A stretch of DNA of 59,534 nt, filler included, from Basidiobolus ranarum (taxonomy: Eukaryota), in the NCBI GenBank assembly GCA_040143965.1. It is 9 parts of 9 records of this genome, joined end to end, with 100 filler letters (N's around TTAATTAATTAA, not from the genome) between each part and the next. Parts side by side here need not be neighbours in the genome. Positions count along the whole stretch, not along the records: positions 53,031 to 59,534 come from JASJQH010001306.1; 8 more parts are not named here. One strand, written 5' to 3'. The position numbers and the translations under genes are program-made. Under the pieces are notes generated by a model. It made no database searches and was not told the origin of the DNA. It was given only the letters and a program-made list of their open reading frames with translations. Of this stretch, positions 58,221 to 59,534 are shown piece by piece (position 1 is the stretch's first letter; the number at the start of each line of letters is the position of its first letter).

Positions 58221-58552
58221 CAGTTGTTTCCAAACAAGTCAAAACATTTCCCTATTTGTAAAAACTGCAACATATGCATTTATATCTAGCCTCTGTTTCT
58301 AAATACTAAGTGTAGCGTATTTTTGTTTGCTAACTATTAAATTATACCTAGTAAGATGATGCTGACGTGCATGAATCGATCATTTTAAGTAGATGTTTAG
58401 ATTGCATTAAATATGCATATGTTTACATGATTTAACTTGGATTTCTATACTGCATGACCCTGGAGAGTAACAAAGTTCAAATCTGTTTGTCACAACCTGT
58501 GGAGTCATCACCTTTGCCCTTTCCATAATCGCAAGTCCCGGCTTCATAGCCA

Positions 58553-59534
58553 TTACCACTCCAATGTGATCATTCGTAGACTTTTTACCACTCCATTACC
58601 GCTATTCCTACCATTGTGGTATCATTATTTTCACCTTGATCAGAGCTGTAGTTCTACTACAATCATCAATCAACAGCTGATTATGACACCCATTTAACAG
58701 GCAGTCAGTACGGTTAGTGTTATATTGTAAAGACTGTTGCTTGATTCTGAAGCATAATAAACATGCATAAAGGCAGATTACTATAATACGTGCATAATAA
58801 GATCTCAAGGATGGAATGATTACTATAATATGTGTATAATAAGATCTCAAGGATGGAATGTGCCAATCCGGAGTTTTCTTGTACTACTGCAACATGTTTA
58901 TTCCATCTATTTACGAGCTGAAATAGTTACATGATAGTGATTCTGAAAGTGATGAAAGTGAATTCTAGAAACAAGTACTAAATATATAAATAAACATACT
59001 CTAGTCACCTTTTTTCTCTTTTTCGGGGAATGCATGTGAATTAATGAAACCAATCTATCGCGATATGCAATAGTGGTGGGAAAAACGCCAACTGTTTTCC
59101 TTGGTACGACTAAAATAGAATTTAACCAAGTCGATCCTTCCCACTATGTCGGGTTATGCTACCATGTAGCTAAAGGAATACGTTAGATGAATGAACTTCA
59201 GGAAATATTATTTCACCAGTTAATAGTATTTTAATCCTTAGATAGATTTACACACATATATGTAGTCACTTTCTACAACGATTATGTATTCAATTTATAA
59301 ACTTACTACTACGATTATGCATTCAATTTCTCAACCTATTACTACTATTTTTTGTTTAATTTGGAACTTGCTACTGCTATATCTCACATCACTGCACTGT
59401 CCAAAATTAATTTCGCACAATAAGGATAGCTAATTTCGGATAGTAGTGGTGACACTTCGGTTAATAACTACAAATTAACGCTCCTATTGACTACCCTCGC
59501 ATACCGCCAGGTGGGATACTAGTCCAAATCCTAC
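58553..59534. repeat. Third copy of the lysozyme upstream unit, running to the contig end
   Basis: 58553-59205 resembles 54842-55430; 59429-59533 is nearly identical to 55531-55635 (offset 3898). Confidence 0.88.

Noticed and set aside
58440-58850. Possible small minus-strand gene within the duplicated block
   Set aside because: Reading frames are not preserved between the two copies (54842-55200 versus 58553-58980) and no domain is recognisable.

Overview
Eukaryotic, intron-containing fungal DNA. It is not one contiguous locus: nine contigs (6548, 6546, 6539, 6528, 6525, 6524, 6513, 6507 and 6504 bp, strictly decreasing) are joined by 100-bp N44-TTAATTAATTAA-N44 linkers, so adjacency across gaps means nothing. 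Gene content and style suggest an early-diverging fungus, possibly Basidiobolus-like (inference only). Housekeeping and regulatory genes: Zn2Cys6 TF, LAG1/LAC1 ceramide synthase, homeodomain and bHLH-ZIP TFs, family X DNA polymerase, ALG11, TIP20/RINT1, PRPP synthetase and Num1/ApsA. Accessory genes: a bacterial-type class I terpene synthase, an expansin-like DPBB protein with a Cys-rich tail, a membrane-anchored GH9 with micro-exons, a Gly/Tyr/Lys block-repeat protein, a disrupted large gene ending in a fucose-lectin-like propeller, and a secreted 3xSH3b-GH24 lysozyme in a tandem-duplicated unit. Decayed, CpG-depleted Ty1/copia elements are nested in one another. The standout is a 281-bp LTR-like element carrying a 73-nt tRNA-like Pol III cassette. 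It occurs in three copies, and one has a 5-bp target-site duplication supported by an empty-site paralog inside the window.
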